Source: Octopus sinensis
Lineage: Eukaryota
Length of the DNA stretch: 64,000 bases
Assembly: GCF_006345805.1 (NCBI RefSeq)
Contig: NC_043008.1
Span: 50,654,001 to 50,718,000, forward strand
Reading direction: 5' to 3'
The position numbers were made by a program, and so were the translations under genes. Of the stretch, positions 12,538 to 24,524 are shown in pieces. Under the pieces are notes generated by a model. The model did not search any database. It worked only from the letters and a program-made list of their open reading frames with translations, and was not told the DNA's origin. Positions within the stretch are counted from its first letter, which is position 1. Every line of letters begins with the position of its first letter.

Positions 12538-12939
12538 TTAGCGCTATCATTGAGTCTTTGGGCACCTTTTAGCAGAGTCTGCTTTGTCCTAAGTGTATTT
12601 GCTGATAAAGAAGGCCGAAAAACTCCTTTCATTAGCTGATTAGTCTTATCATAGCTTTATATAACATCGTTATCTGGTCATTCTGGCACTTAGGGAATAT
12701 AGAATATTTATGAAAATTTACCAGTCAATTACAGATAACCTGAAATTAGACATCATGTTCATTTGTTTTCATAATCTTTACCAAAGCTATCTTTCTTTGT
12801 ATTTTACCATAACCATTATGTCTACAAAAGGAAAAAACCACTTGAAAATTTTCTGTTCTGCTATTATCCTTTATTGAAAAGACTTCATTAATGGTTAAGT
12901 CTAGTCCTACCTGAACTTTAGTTAAATCCCCCTGCTTTG

Positions 12940-13280
12940 AGAGTAGTTTTGTTTCCACCTTGTAGGATTTTTCTTGGAAGTCTCATTCATAGTTGTAATA
13001 TGTAATAGACCATATCTCCTCTACCCCACCACCCATTTCTAACCATCTGTTGCCATTCCCTCACGCATTTATGAAGGCACCCAGTCTCTCTTTTTCTGTG
13101 ACCCACAGTCTGTATCGTCCCTTACGCTCACCTTCCTGTACCTTGAGTTAACTCTGGAATTACATCTTACCATCTTCACAACTACTCCCATATAATGTGT
13201 GGCAGCCATGTATCATCCCTTAAGTTTGTCCCTCTATTGGCCTAAATCCACCTTGCACCCCACCAAATACTCTCTTCCCT
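12940..13280 (-). mobile_element. Highly decayed LINE RT C-terminal remnant
   Basis: Minus-strand fragments ...HITTMNE / RLPRKILQG resemble the RTE GHxxRM..RLPKKIL motif. Confidence 0.4.
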
Positions 13281-13349
13281 TCCACTTCAGATGGGGGAGC
13301 TTTTTCTTTTTTTTCCTTTTCCTGTTTTCAAGTTACTTGGAAACCTCAC

Positions 13350-13955
13350 CAGTGATGGTGGCATGAATAAAAGGCACCCAGTACACACTGTAAAGTGGTT
13401 AGTGTTAGGAAGGGTATCCAGCCATAGAAACCACACCGAAGCTAACATTGGAGCTCAACGCTGTCCTGCAGCTCTCCAGATCCTGGCAAACTGTCCAACC
13501 CTTACCAGCATGGAAAAAGGATGTTTGCTGATGATGATGAGATATTGTTTGTGTAGTATTGGCTCTGGGTGAGAGGTGGTGGGAAATTTTTGTGAATGAA
13601 TTAAATGTTTGGGATGATATGTTGTTCATAAAATTATAATTTTCATCGAACTGGGTCCCATGGAGGCAATGGTGAATGATTGAGACCTTTGGCATTATGT
13701 CATGCTTGAGAAGAAGACTCATCAAAAACCAAGTAAAATTGTAATTGTGGCAGATACTGGTGTCACACAAATGGCATCCGTGCGGGTGGCATGCAAAAGT
13801 ACTCATTACACTCTTGGGTTGGTTGGCATTAGGAAGGGCATCCAGCTGTAGAAGCCATGCCAAATCAGTCTGGAGTCTGGAGCAGTTTGCCAGCCCTGGT
13901 CAAACTGTCCAGCCCATGCCAGCTTGGACAACAGACATTAAATGATGATAATAGG
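13350..13955 (+). mobile_element. Two family C SINE fragments (13350-13540, 13665-13955)
   Basis: Conserved ttaggaagggcatccagc block and (GAT)n tails. Confidence 0.75.
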
Positions 13956-14827
13956 AAAACTGTTTCTTGTTTATATCTATACTGTTTCATTCAGTTTGAT
14001 TTTTTCATGTGTCATCAGACGCTTTGTGCCTCAATGTGTATATATTACAAGATTACATTAGTTTGGAATTGGCAACCTGCTATTTTAAAGACTAATAATA
14101 ATGTATATTCAAAATAGATTTTAAAACTTTCAATTCTAAAGATGAAGATAATAGTTTGAAAAATTAATAATCTTAATTATAATCTTATAATTAAGGTTTT
14201 CTTTGGGTTCTACTTTGTATGCATCATCTCTTTATGTATTGATATCAATTCATCAATACTATCTCAATTATAAATCAACCATTAAAGCAATACCTGTGTT
14301 CTCTCATTGTCCAATCCAAGTAAGTTCTTTGTATCTAATTTGTCAATATTGTATTTTATGGCATACAAGCAAACTTGATATATTGTGGAATCAGGCTGAT
14401 ATTGTCACTATCTTTCCAAATTCTTCTGGATTTCACATAGAATTTTTGGCCCACTGATGTTGTCTTGGTGTATGTCAGCCTTTCCTTTTTTACGCTCTAC
14501 ATTTTGGTCTGCAAGAATTTTGCTTGTATGCCGAAAAATAAGAAAATGTTTTATCCATTCCAATTATAAGTATTCTTTAGACAGGTTTCCACATTATGGT
14601 TCTTGCATTGAGGTAGAAAGAAACACTGGTTCCTATACAGAAGCAATATTTATTTTGTTCGCATAAACTAGCCATTTGGTCTGTTCCTTAGAGCAGCAAC
14701 CCCAACCTTTTTTATTTCGCACCATGAACCATTTTCAAGCAAGGCAATTTTCATTTGAAGCAGGGAATCACACACATAACAAATTGCAGTAAATTACATT
14801 ATTTTAATTATTGAGTATATATATATA

Positions 14828-14992
14828 GGCGCAGGAGTGGCTGTGTGGTAAGTAGCTTGCTAACTAACCACATGGTTTCGGGTTCAGTCCCACTGCGTGG
14901 CATCTTGGGCGAGTGTCTTCTGCTATAGCCCCAGGCCAACCAATGCCTTGTGAGTGGATTTGGTAGACGGAAACTGAAAGAAGCCTGTCGTA

Positions 14993-15039
<47 letters not shown>

Positions 15040-15248
15040 TTGTGTGTCTGTGTTTGTCCCCCTAGTATTGCTTGACAACCGATGCTGGTGTGTTTACGTC
15101 CCCGTCACTTAGCAGTTCGGCAAAAGAGACTGATAGAATAAGTACTGGGCTTACAAAGAATTAGTCCCGGGGTCGATTTGCTTGACTAAAGGCAGTGCTC
15201 CAGCATGGCCTCAGTCAAATGGCTGAAAAATGTAAAAGAGGAAAGAGA
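14828..15248 (+). mobile_element. Full-length family A SINE, low divergence
   Basis: ggcgcaggagtggctgtgtggtaagtagc head, linker and 3' module. Confidence 0.9.
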
Positions 15249-15499
15249 TATAATACAGGCAGGTATGGATACCTGAAGGGAGGGCCTATATGCCTGCATG
15301 AACAGAGCTGATTTGGGAGCTGAACATTAACCATCTTAATCAGTCCTGAAAATTAATTAAATTTTCCTGAAAGATCATTGTCTGAAGTCAACCATAAGGT
15401 TCTTGTTCTTCATGGTTGACTAGTTGTTGCAGGATTTTTATAATAAAAGGTTCATCATTTTAGTTGAGAAAATTTTAGATTCTTTTACTTTTATCATAT

Positions 15500-15872
15500 A
15501 CTTGTTTCAGTCATTAGACTGCGGCCATGCTGGGGCTCCACTTTGAAGGATTTTAGTTGAACAAATTGACCCCACCACATAGGTATTTGTTTTTTTTAAA
15601 GTCTGGTACTTATTCCATCAGTCTCTCTCGCTGAACTGCTAAGTTATGGGAACGTAAACAAATCAACACTGGTTGTCAAGTATGTGTGTGTGACATGCAT
15701 AGAGGCACACACACACATGGTAGGTTTCCACACAGTTTCCATCTACCAAATTCACTCACAAAGCATTGGTTGGCCTCGGGGCTATCACAGAAGACCCCCA
15801 AGGTGCTGTGCAGTGGGACTGAACCTGAAACCAGTTGGTTGCAGAGTGAGCCTCTTAATCACACAGCCATGC
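15500..15872 (-). mobile_element. Family A SINE, diverged
   Basis: Both modules recognisable. Confidence 0.7.
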
Positions 15873-16631
15873 CTGCTGTTTGCTTTTATTTCTTTTTGTT
15901 TATTTATATCCATTCTTAAAAGACACACAGTTCCAAATTACTTTGTTGTAATCAGTTCAACGGGACTCTTCTTTTACCTGTTCTATAAACTAGGAAAAAG
16001 ATGACAATGTATTAGCAAATACGATTGTTGTAAGACTGGTTTAGTCATTCATTTCCAGTGAATTTCATTCAATTGTCTCCGCAAACAGCTGCTTCGGTAA
16101 ATTGAATCATCAAACAAAAGCTAATATCTGAACAATGTTGTATAATGTAATTTGTGTGACAAAACATCGAGTTTTTCTCTGTAATTAAATTTAAATCCAG
16201 TTTCTACGGCAATGAATAATGTTTTCTTACATGAGTATAATGCTTCTGACTTGTAAGATGTGAAATAGCGATATTTATATTATAAATAATCTGTTCTAAT
16301 GTCTTGGAAGGTGCTCGGTGACCTTTTGTGCGCCATGTTAAAAAGCACCAGTGGTGGAATCATGTAGAAAGTGCTGGTGTCATGTGATAAATATGTGCTT
16401 CGTCACTGGTGGTTTTTTTTATAAAAAAAAAATCACCAGTGCTGGTGTCACATAAAGAAAAAAAGAAACACCAGTCTCACTTGTCAGTCATTGAAATGGT
16501 GCTTATTCTGGCTATGAGTTGTTTTCACTCTTATTTCTAGCAATACTGGTGCTGAATAGTGCCCACAGTTGCTTTAGTGATGTATGTATTTTTGCCTTTC
16601 GGTTGAAAATTGCTAACAAGCCACCCTTAGG

Positions 16632-16695
<64 letters not shown>

Positions 16696-17814
16696 TACAC
16701 ACACAATGGGCATTTTTCAGTTTCTGTTTACCAAATCCACTCACAAGGCTTTGGTTGGCTCAAGGTTCTGTAGAAGACACTTGCCCAAGGTGTCACACAG
16801 TGGGACTGAACTTGGGACCACATGTTTGGAAAGCAAACTTCTCACCTCATAGCCATGTCTGAGCCTATATTATAAATCACAAATTATTAGTAGCATAGAC
16901 TATCCATCTTGCTAGCATTAGGTAGGTGATAATATTCTGTGGAGACAAAATTAGTACATTTATGTGAAAGAAGTCTGTAGTCTATAGTCTCTAATTGGCA
17001 GACACTGATATAATCTGTAAAATAATTACCCAATGAGCAATGTGATGGTGGGGAGGTAGGTGGCTCCATTGGTCAAGGTTGACCATCTGCACATAGGCAG
17101 ATGACTGGTCAACCTGGGTAAGATGTTTTTGAGGGAGACCGGTAGTTGGCCATAGAGAGGTAGGAGAGCAAATCTCTCTTCTCCACCCTAGGGCAAGTCA
17201 GTGTACTTGGGCTGATACAAGTTTGGCACCAGTATTGTTACAGACATTACTGCCAGAATGCAAAAAGACGGAACAGATATCTCAAAGGATCTTGGCCCAC
17301 CAATCAACTTCCCTGCATAATTGCTTATTTATTGACCCTGAGTGGATGAAAGGTAAAGTTGATCTTAGATGGATTCAAACTCAGAAAATGAGAATGCTCT
17401 GAGGAATTCTATCCACCACGAAGAAGGAAATTTATCTTATTCAATAAACGGCAGATATTTGGTTTGGATCCTGTTTGTGATCTGTTTCTCTTTTCTGTCT
17501 TCCAAATTGGTGCTCAAAATGTCTAATCTGGTGTGATTGTTTAGTTCTGCATGAAGAGCCCAAATGACAGAAATAACCAAGAACTGAAACTGGCTTTCAC
17601 ACTACTTTGGCTAGAATTTATCTCCATTCTGCCACATTTACCTGTCTACCATTTGACTGTGATGTAATTGGAATTTCCTTAAGTTGCAAGAAAATGTCTC
17701 TGAAGATTTAGGTTTTAGTAGAATTTGATGATTTTGCTTAAATAATGGATGTTTTTGTTTACTGTCAGTAATGGATTCAAGCCAAATGTTTAAAATCATT
17801 TGGTTATAGGTTCA

Positions 17815-18210
17815 AACATGGCTGTGCAGTTAAGAAACTTGCTTTGGTTTCCACATTGTTTTAGGTTCAGCCCTACTGCGTGGCACCTTGGGCAAGTTTC
17901 TTATTTCTTTACTGCCCACAAGGAACTAAACATAGAAGGGACAAACAAAGACACACAAACGGATTAAGTCAGTTATATCGACCCCAGTGCGTAACTGGTA
18001 CTTATTTAATTGACCCTGAAAGGATGTCGGCCTCAGCGGAATTTGAACTCAGAACGTAGCGGCAGACGAAATATCGCTAAGCATTTCGCTTGGCTTGCTA
18101 ACGTTTCTGCCAGTTCACTGCCTTGGGCAAGTATCTCCTACTACAGCTCTGGGTCAGTCAATGCCTTGTGTCTGAATTTGGTAGATAGCAACTGTGGAAG
18201 TCTGTCATAT
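17815..18210. mobile_element. Family B SINE (minus, ~17898-18122) nested in a family A head (plus)
   Basis: 12-bp direct repeat ccttgggcaagt at 17886-17897 and 18121-18132 brackets the B copy. Confidence 0.8.
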
Positions 18211-18238
18211 ATATATATCATCATCATCATCGTTTAAC

Positions 18239-18299
<61 letters not shown>

Positions 18300-20154
18300 G
18301 TGTGTTGACAATATGTGTCATGTCTACAGGAGATGTGGGTCCCTGTCCCATGGGCAGCCGGTGACTTTTTTCCATCCAAAAGGCTTTTCAACCTAATATT
18401 TACTTTCTGTAATTTATAGGTTTATGTGTGTGGTTCGGTATCTGCTGTTCCAAAAATGTACATACATGTATCTTTGTGTTTGTCCTTCCCACACTTGTCA
18501 ACAAGTGTTGGTTTATTTACATCCATGTAACTAAGCAGTTCAACAAAAGACACTGATAGAATAAGTTCCAGATTTAAAAAAAAAAAAAAAAAATTCCTAG
18601 GGTTGATTTGTTCAGCTAAACCCTTCAAGGCTATTGCCCCAGCATGGCCACAGTCTAATGTCTGAAACGAACGAAAGATAAAGATGTAATGTGCTACATG
18701 TGAGGTTTATGGTGAAGACATTTAAGTTGTATTCTAGAAATGTCTTATTGTCTCTTTTATACTTTATTTTGTCGTCACCAAAGTATGGCTGTAGGTGTCT
18801 TGTTTCATTGCATTTGACTATTTTTTGATCAGCTTCTGGCAACCTACCAGCCTTGTTTATTTATCGCTGGTTCAAACCCTCCGTCTCCAACTCTTGTATA
18901 CTTTTGTATTTATGCCAAAAACAAAACTGATTCCTTTACAGCTTTATTACAAAATATCACTTGTATTGTTTATTTTTTCTTTGGTTTGTTCTTCCTTTTC
19001 TTCTTCTTCTACTGCTTCATATATTTGTAGAATATCTAGCGCCGTCGCTTTGTCTTTTTTGCATCTCTATTTCGCACCGAGTTTCAATGATAACTCAATC
19101 TTTAAATAACAACCAATATAAGAAATGAATAATTTTGTATTCGATAAAAATCTTGTGAAACTCTATGCTTTTGTTGCTGCATGTTTGAACACTTGAAATT
19201 AAATTAGTTGCTAAATGCAATTATCAAATTCTGTTTTTTTATTAAGAGAACTTGAGACTCTGCATTTAAGGCTTATTTACGACTCTGATATTTTCATTTC
19301 TCTAATTTGTCTTTATGAAATTTAATAAATTAATAGGAAATCTTGCCAGCATTCATTTAATTTCCAAGATTCTCATTCATTCCAACCTTTCCGATATCTT
19401 CCCACTCACCCGATCCATCTCAACCTGTCCATGTTGGTTTACGTATTTAATATCGGAAATTTCTATTTTCTATTTTAATATGTATTTTTTTTTCATAGGA
19501 ATTATAACTCAAGGGGAAAATTCCCTCGTAGCTTTGTGTAAGAACGTTTCTGATAAGTTGTCTTCTAAACAGCAGCAGCTTAAACTAGCTGTAGATATGA
19601 CTTTTAAATAAATCAATAGAGATGCTGTTAGTCTAATGTTGCTAGAAATAGGTTCAGCAAAGGTTAATAGAAGGCATTAATAATATAGAGGATGGCTTTG
19701 AATATCAGTGAATAAGATATAAATGAAATAAAAAGACAAATTATAACATTTTTCCTTTCTGTTCCAACACCACCTCCATTTATTAAGGGAATGTTAAATA
19801 TTCTCTCGGTTTTTTACTTCCCTTTTTCCATGCTAGCATGGATTTGACAAATGTAATATGGAGGCATTGTTTTACAGCCAAATACCCTTTCTCTCACTGA
19901 TTATTTATTTGTTTCTCTCACTAATTATTTATTTATTCAAGTATTCCATATTTCTTCGAAGGCATGAAGCCAGCAGTTGATTTGTTGATAGCGGAAAATG
20001 ATAACATCATGGCTTGCAGCTCCGTAATTTTTGAGAAGCACAAATATAAAGACGTACATGCACACCTATGTCTGCATGTGCATGCACACAAATGCATACA
20101 TACATGTATATGCACATGTATGTATATAAACAAGCATACACAACATGCTTCTTT

Positions 20155-20517
20155 CGACGCCGTGGTGATCTCATTCTTGCTCACAACATCATAAGCGGAA
20201 GGTGTAACCTCACGAAAGAGCTGTTCTTCACTCCTGCTCCAGAACGTCGGCTGCGGGGTCACTCCGAAAAGCTCTATCTGCGACGATTTCATCTCAATCG
20301 AAGGAGAGGGGCTTTCTCTGTCCGGGTTGTGGTTCCGTGGAATAAGCTGCCGGACGAGATAGTGAAGATGCTGACGACTGCTCGGTTCAAAGTTTCCCTT
20401 GACCACAAGTGGCCTGAACTCTTTACATGAACACCACCCTGTACATAACTCCATGTCCCCCTACATGGCCTTGCTTTTTGCTTTTTGAGCCAAATAATTA
20501 ATTAACTAACTAACTAA
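20155..20517 (+). mobile_element. CR1/L2-group LINE 3' end, 5'-truncated
   Basis: [15 protein letters not shown]...[38 protein letters not shown]...FKVSLD is the typical CR1 ORF2 C-terminus; then a 3'UTR and (TAAC)n tail. Confidence 0.9.
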
Positions 20518-20944
20518 GTTTCCATCAACAAAATGCCCTCGCAAGGCATTGGTCAGCCTGGGGCTATATACGAGAAGACACCCAAGGTTCCATGCAGTGG
20601 GATTAAACCCAAAACCAAGTGGTTGGGAAGTGAACTTCTTAACTATGCAGCCATGCCAATGCTGTCTCATCTTTATTGTATGTGATTCAAGGAAGAGAGA
20701 CAATTGCTCCAGACTGAAAATTAATACTGCGAAGGTCCAACTTGTTGTCACTCAATGTCTGGAGAGAAAACTTGTGTGCTTGTCCAGCTGTTTAGGTTAG
20801 CATAATATTTCTGACTACAGGAACGGGTAAATGTGTAGGTAACCCCATATCAACCCTCAGTGAAAAAGCATTCTATTCTTGACCATTGTTTTTTTTTTGT
20901 ACATTGGTTCTTGGACTATATTATTCAGTGTGTCTTAAAAAAGA

Positions 20945-21066
20945 CACCACATGGTTCTGGGTTCAGTCCCACTGCGTGGCACCTTGGTCAAGTGCCTTCT
21001 GCTATAGCCTTGGCCAACCAAAGCCTTGTGAGTGGATTTGGTAGACAGAAACTGAAAGAAGCCTGT

Positions 21067-21106
<40 letters not shown>

Positions 21107-21647
21107 TGTGTGTCTGTGTTTGTCCCCCCAACATTGCTTGACAACCGATGTTGGTGTGTTTACGCCCCCATAACTTAGCGGCTTGGCAAAAGTCGATAGA
21201 ATAAGTACTAGGCTTATAAAGAATAAGTCCTGGGATCGATTTGCTCAACTAAATGCAGTGCTCCAGCATGGCCACAGTCAAATGACTGAAACAAGTAAGA
21301 GTAAAAGAGAGAGAGAGAGAGATATTTATTCTAGTAGTCTCTTCCACTAAATCGTTAAGTTACAGGGACATAAACAAACTAACACTGGTCAAGAGGTGGG
21401 GAGGAGGACGAGCATAGATGCACACAGATGCACACAAAGATGTGCTATGACATACATGTGCACACACACTCTTATATATGGTGTATGATGAGCTTCTACA
21501 TAGTTTCCATCTACAAGATTCGCTCACAAGGCACTGGTCAACCTGGGGCTTTAGTAGAAGACACTTGCTGAAGGTGCTGCGCAGTGGAACTGAACCTGAA
21601 ATCTCAAGGTTGCAAAGTGATCTTCTTAGCCTCACAACCATGCCCGC
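20945..21647. mobile_element. Tail-to-tail family A SINE pair (20945-21310 plus, 21330-21647 minus)
   Basis: Both copies match the family A modules in opposite orientation. Confidence 0.75.
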
Positions 21648-22089
21648 AACTATGCTTGTTTGTTTACTGCATTAACAAATCCATAACATTTAGATTTAGT
21701 GGATTCCAGAAGTTCAGGCTTTGTTTTTCTCAAAGGTTATTGACTTCGTTCTGAAGCTGTCACGTTTGAACTTAGATCAACATTTGTTTAATAATGGCCA
21801 CCTCTAAACAACAACAGCAACAGCAGAAAGTCAAATCTTGTTTACGTGAATGTATATATAGTAAAAACCTTTGTTAACTTCAGTAAGCATAAGTGTATAT
21901 ATGGTTATGGCTCCACCCTCCTTCTTTCACTATTCTAACCACGGAAGTTATATAACTGTCACTGACATATTTTGAGATGACTAGGAAGCTTGTTTCTGTA
22001 GCTGTTTGGTGAAATGGAAAAATAAGTCATGTATCCTCAAATCTCACGCTCTGTGGTTTTGAAAAAAAAAAAAAAACTCTACAAAGATA

Positions 22090-22510
22090 GGCGCAGGAGT
22101 GGCTGTGTGGTAAGTAGCTGTGTGGTAAGTAGTTTGCTAACCAACCACATGGTTCCGGGTTCAGTCCCACTGCGTGGCATCTTGGGCAAGTGTCTTCTGC
22201 TATAGCCCCGGGCTGACCAATGCCTTGTGAGTGGATTTGGTAGACGGAAACTGAAAGAAGCCTGTCGTATATATGTATATATATAAGTGTGTGTGTATAT
22301 GTTTGTGTGCCTGTGTTTGTCCCCCTAGCATTGCTTGACAACCGATGCTGGTGTGTTTACGTCCCCGCCACTTAGCGGTTCGGCAAAAGAGACCGATAGA
22401 ATAAGTACTGGGCTTACAAAGAATAAGTCCCGGGGTCGTTTTGTTCGACTAAAGGTGGTGCTCCAGCATGGCCGCTGTCAAATGACTGAAACAAGTAAAA
22501 AGAGTAAAGA
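22090..22510 (+). mobile_element. Full-length family A SINE, low divergence
   Basis: Near-identical to the 5522, 14828, 36352 and 44505 copies; small internal duplication ctgtgtggtaagtag. Confidence 0.9.
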
Positions 22511-23119
22511 GATAGATTGGACATGGTAGTCTTGGATATATAAAAAGATACTATGGTTGTAGGTGGGATGCCCTCGATCAAGAATTAGCTGAAATAGGAC
22601 AGGCAGCATAGGGTTAAACAAACTAGTGTGTATATCTGTAGATTAGATAAACTGTGAAACTACTGTTTTTATATATGCATATATGTGTGTATGTGTGTAT
22701 ATGCGTGTGGGCATGTGTGTATAAGGTGTGTGTTTGTATAATATGTATGTGTCATCATTGTTTAATGTCTGCTTTCCATGCTGGTATGGGTTGGATGGTC
22801 TGACATGGAGCTGGTTGGCAGGGAACTGTCCAGACCCCAGCTGTCTGTTGAGACATAGTTTCTACAGCTGGATGCCCTTCCTAATGCCAGCCACTTAACA
22901 GTGTGTGCTGGGTGCCTTTTACGTGCCACTCACATGGCTGCATTTACATAGCACCTCTCTATGTATATATGTGTGTACTCATATACCTATTCTTCTTTCA
23001 TTCTTTGCGTAGCCCAAGGTAAGCTCTGAATAAGTCGACTTACGATCAAAAGTATTTCAGTCATCCTATTTTAGGATAGTGTATCTAAGAGTACATTATC
23101 CAATGTGTCCCTTCTTATT

Positions 23120-23355
23120 TCTTATTTCTTTATTGCCCACAAGGGGCTAAACATAGAGGGGACAAACAAGGACAGACAAAGGGATTAAGTCAATTACATT
23201 GACACCAGTGCGTAACTGGTACTTAATTTATCGACCCCGAAAAGATGAAAGGCAAAGTCGACCTTGGCGGAATTTGAACTCAGGACGTAACGGTAGATGA
23301 AGAAATACCACTAAGCATTTTGCCCAGTGGGATAGCATTTCTGCCAGCTTGCCAA
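23120..23355 (-). mobile_element. Family B SINE
   Basis: Full consensus on the minus strand; direct repeat ccaatgtgtcccttcttattt on both sides. Confidence 0.85.
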
Positions 23356-23556
23356 TGTGTCCCTTCTTATTTAAGAAAGAATATTATGATTTGGGAGAGG
23401 ATTTAGCTGATGGTTCTAGTGAGTCATGTGATCCTCTCTTCCTTGTTGGTTCATATAAATGTTTGTATGTTTATGGTAGTAGTACTAGTGGTATTACAAG
23501 GTGGTAGTGAAGTAGTACTTATCTGGGGCGTTTTTGAATTCTGACCAGCCTAGTAG

Positions 23557-23925
23557 GCTTGGCTATGTGGTAAGAAGCTTATTTCTCAACCACAAGGTTC
23601 CAGGTTCTGTTCTACTGCATGGTACCTTGGGCAAATATTTTCCACTATAGCCTTGGGTCAACCAAAAGCCTTGTGAGTTGATTTGGTAAAAGGGAAACTG
23701 AAAGAAATCTGTTGTGTGTTTGTGTGCACCATCCCCACTTGACAACTTGTGTTGGTTTGTTTACTTCCCTCAACTCAGCTTGTTTGACATTAGAATAAGT
23801 ACCAGTCTTAAATAAATAAATAAATGAATGTGTGTGTGTGTGTGTGTGTTGGGATTGGTTTGTTTGACTAAAACCCTCCAAAGCAGTGTTCCAGCATGAC
23901 TGCAATCCAATGACTGAAACCAGTG
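23557..23925 (+). mobile_element. Family A SINE, diverged
   Basis: Head and 3' module recognisable. Confidence 0.7.
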
Positions 23926-24340
23926 ATAGGTGATGTTTTTAGTAAGTCAGGTGACCCTGTAGTTGCTACCTTGTTGGTTCATATATATTTGTATGGCTCA
24001 TTGGATCCTGTCCAACCATCCACTCCATGCTAGCAGGGAAGACCAACGTTAGATGACGATGGTGATGATGATGATGATGGGGTGGTGGTGGATTGATGAT
24101 AGAACATGCTTCCCTTTATGTTCTGAATTCAAATCCTACTAGGTCCTTCCATCCTCTTTGAGTCGGTAGAATAATAACTGTCAAGTATTATGATAGATTT
24201 AGTCTACCAACACACTCCTGCTTAATGTATTTAGTATCGTACCAGTGTTAGGAACAACACTTCCTTGTGATTTTCTGTGTGTCAGTTGTTATTGTAATGT
24301 TGTTGTAATTGTTTAAAGCTTACCGTTTCTCTTGTTGTAG

Positions 24341-24524
24341 ATTCGTCGCAGAAGACTAGCGAGGTTAGGTGGTAACACAGCGGGATCCAGCAAGTCAACG
24401 GACAAAATCATTCCTCACGAAAAAGACAAAACTTCCAGTAATGTCAGCAGTACGTTTTGTCAATCTATGGAAGTGGAGCAAACTCAGGGAGCTGCAGCTC
24501 TTCCTAAAGAGACAAATGCAGCAG
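24341..24524 (+). CDS. UBE4B: UBE4B exon (equivalent to coding exon 2), contains VCP/p97-binding motif IRRRRLARL
   Basis: Acceptor cttgttgtag|ATT, donor GCAG|gtatgg, 184 nt, phase 0 to 1; [20 protein letters not shown]...KETNAA. Confidence 0.93.

Noticed and set aside
12746-14640. Minus-strand exons of a second gene (ORF 12746-12958 and fragments at 14290-14640)
   Set aside because: Could not be spliced into a stop-free frame; the 12.9-kb part overlaps a LINE remnant; no recognisable protein.
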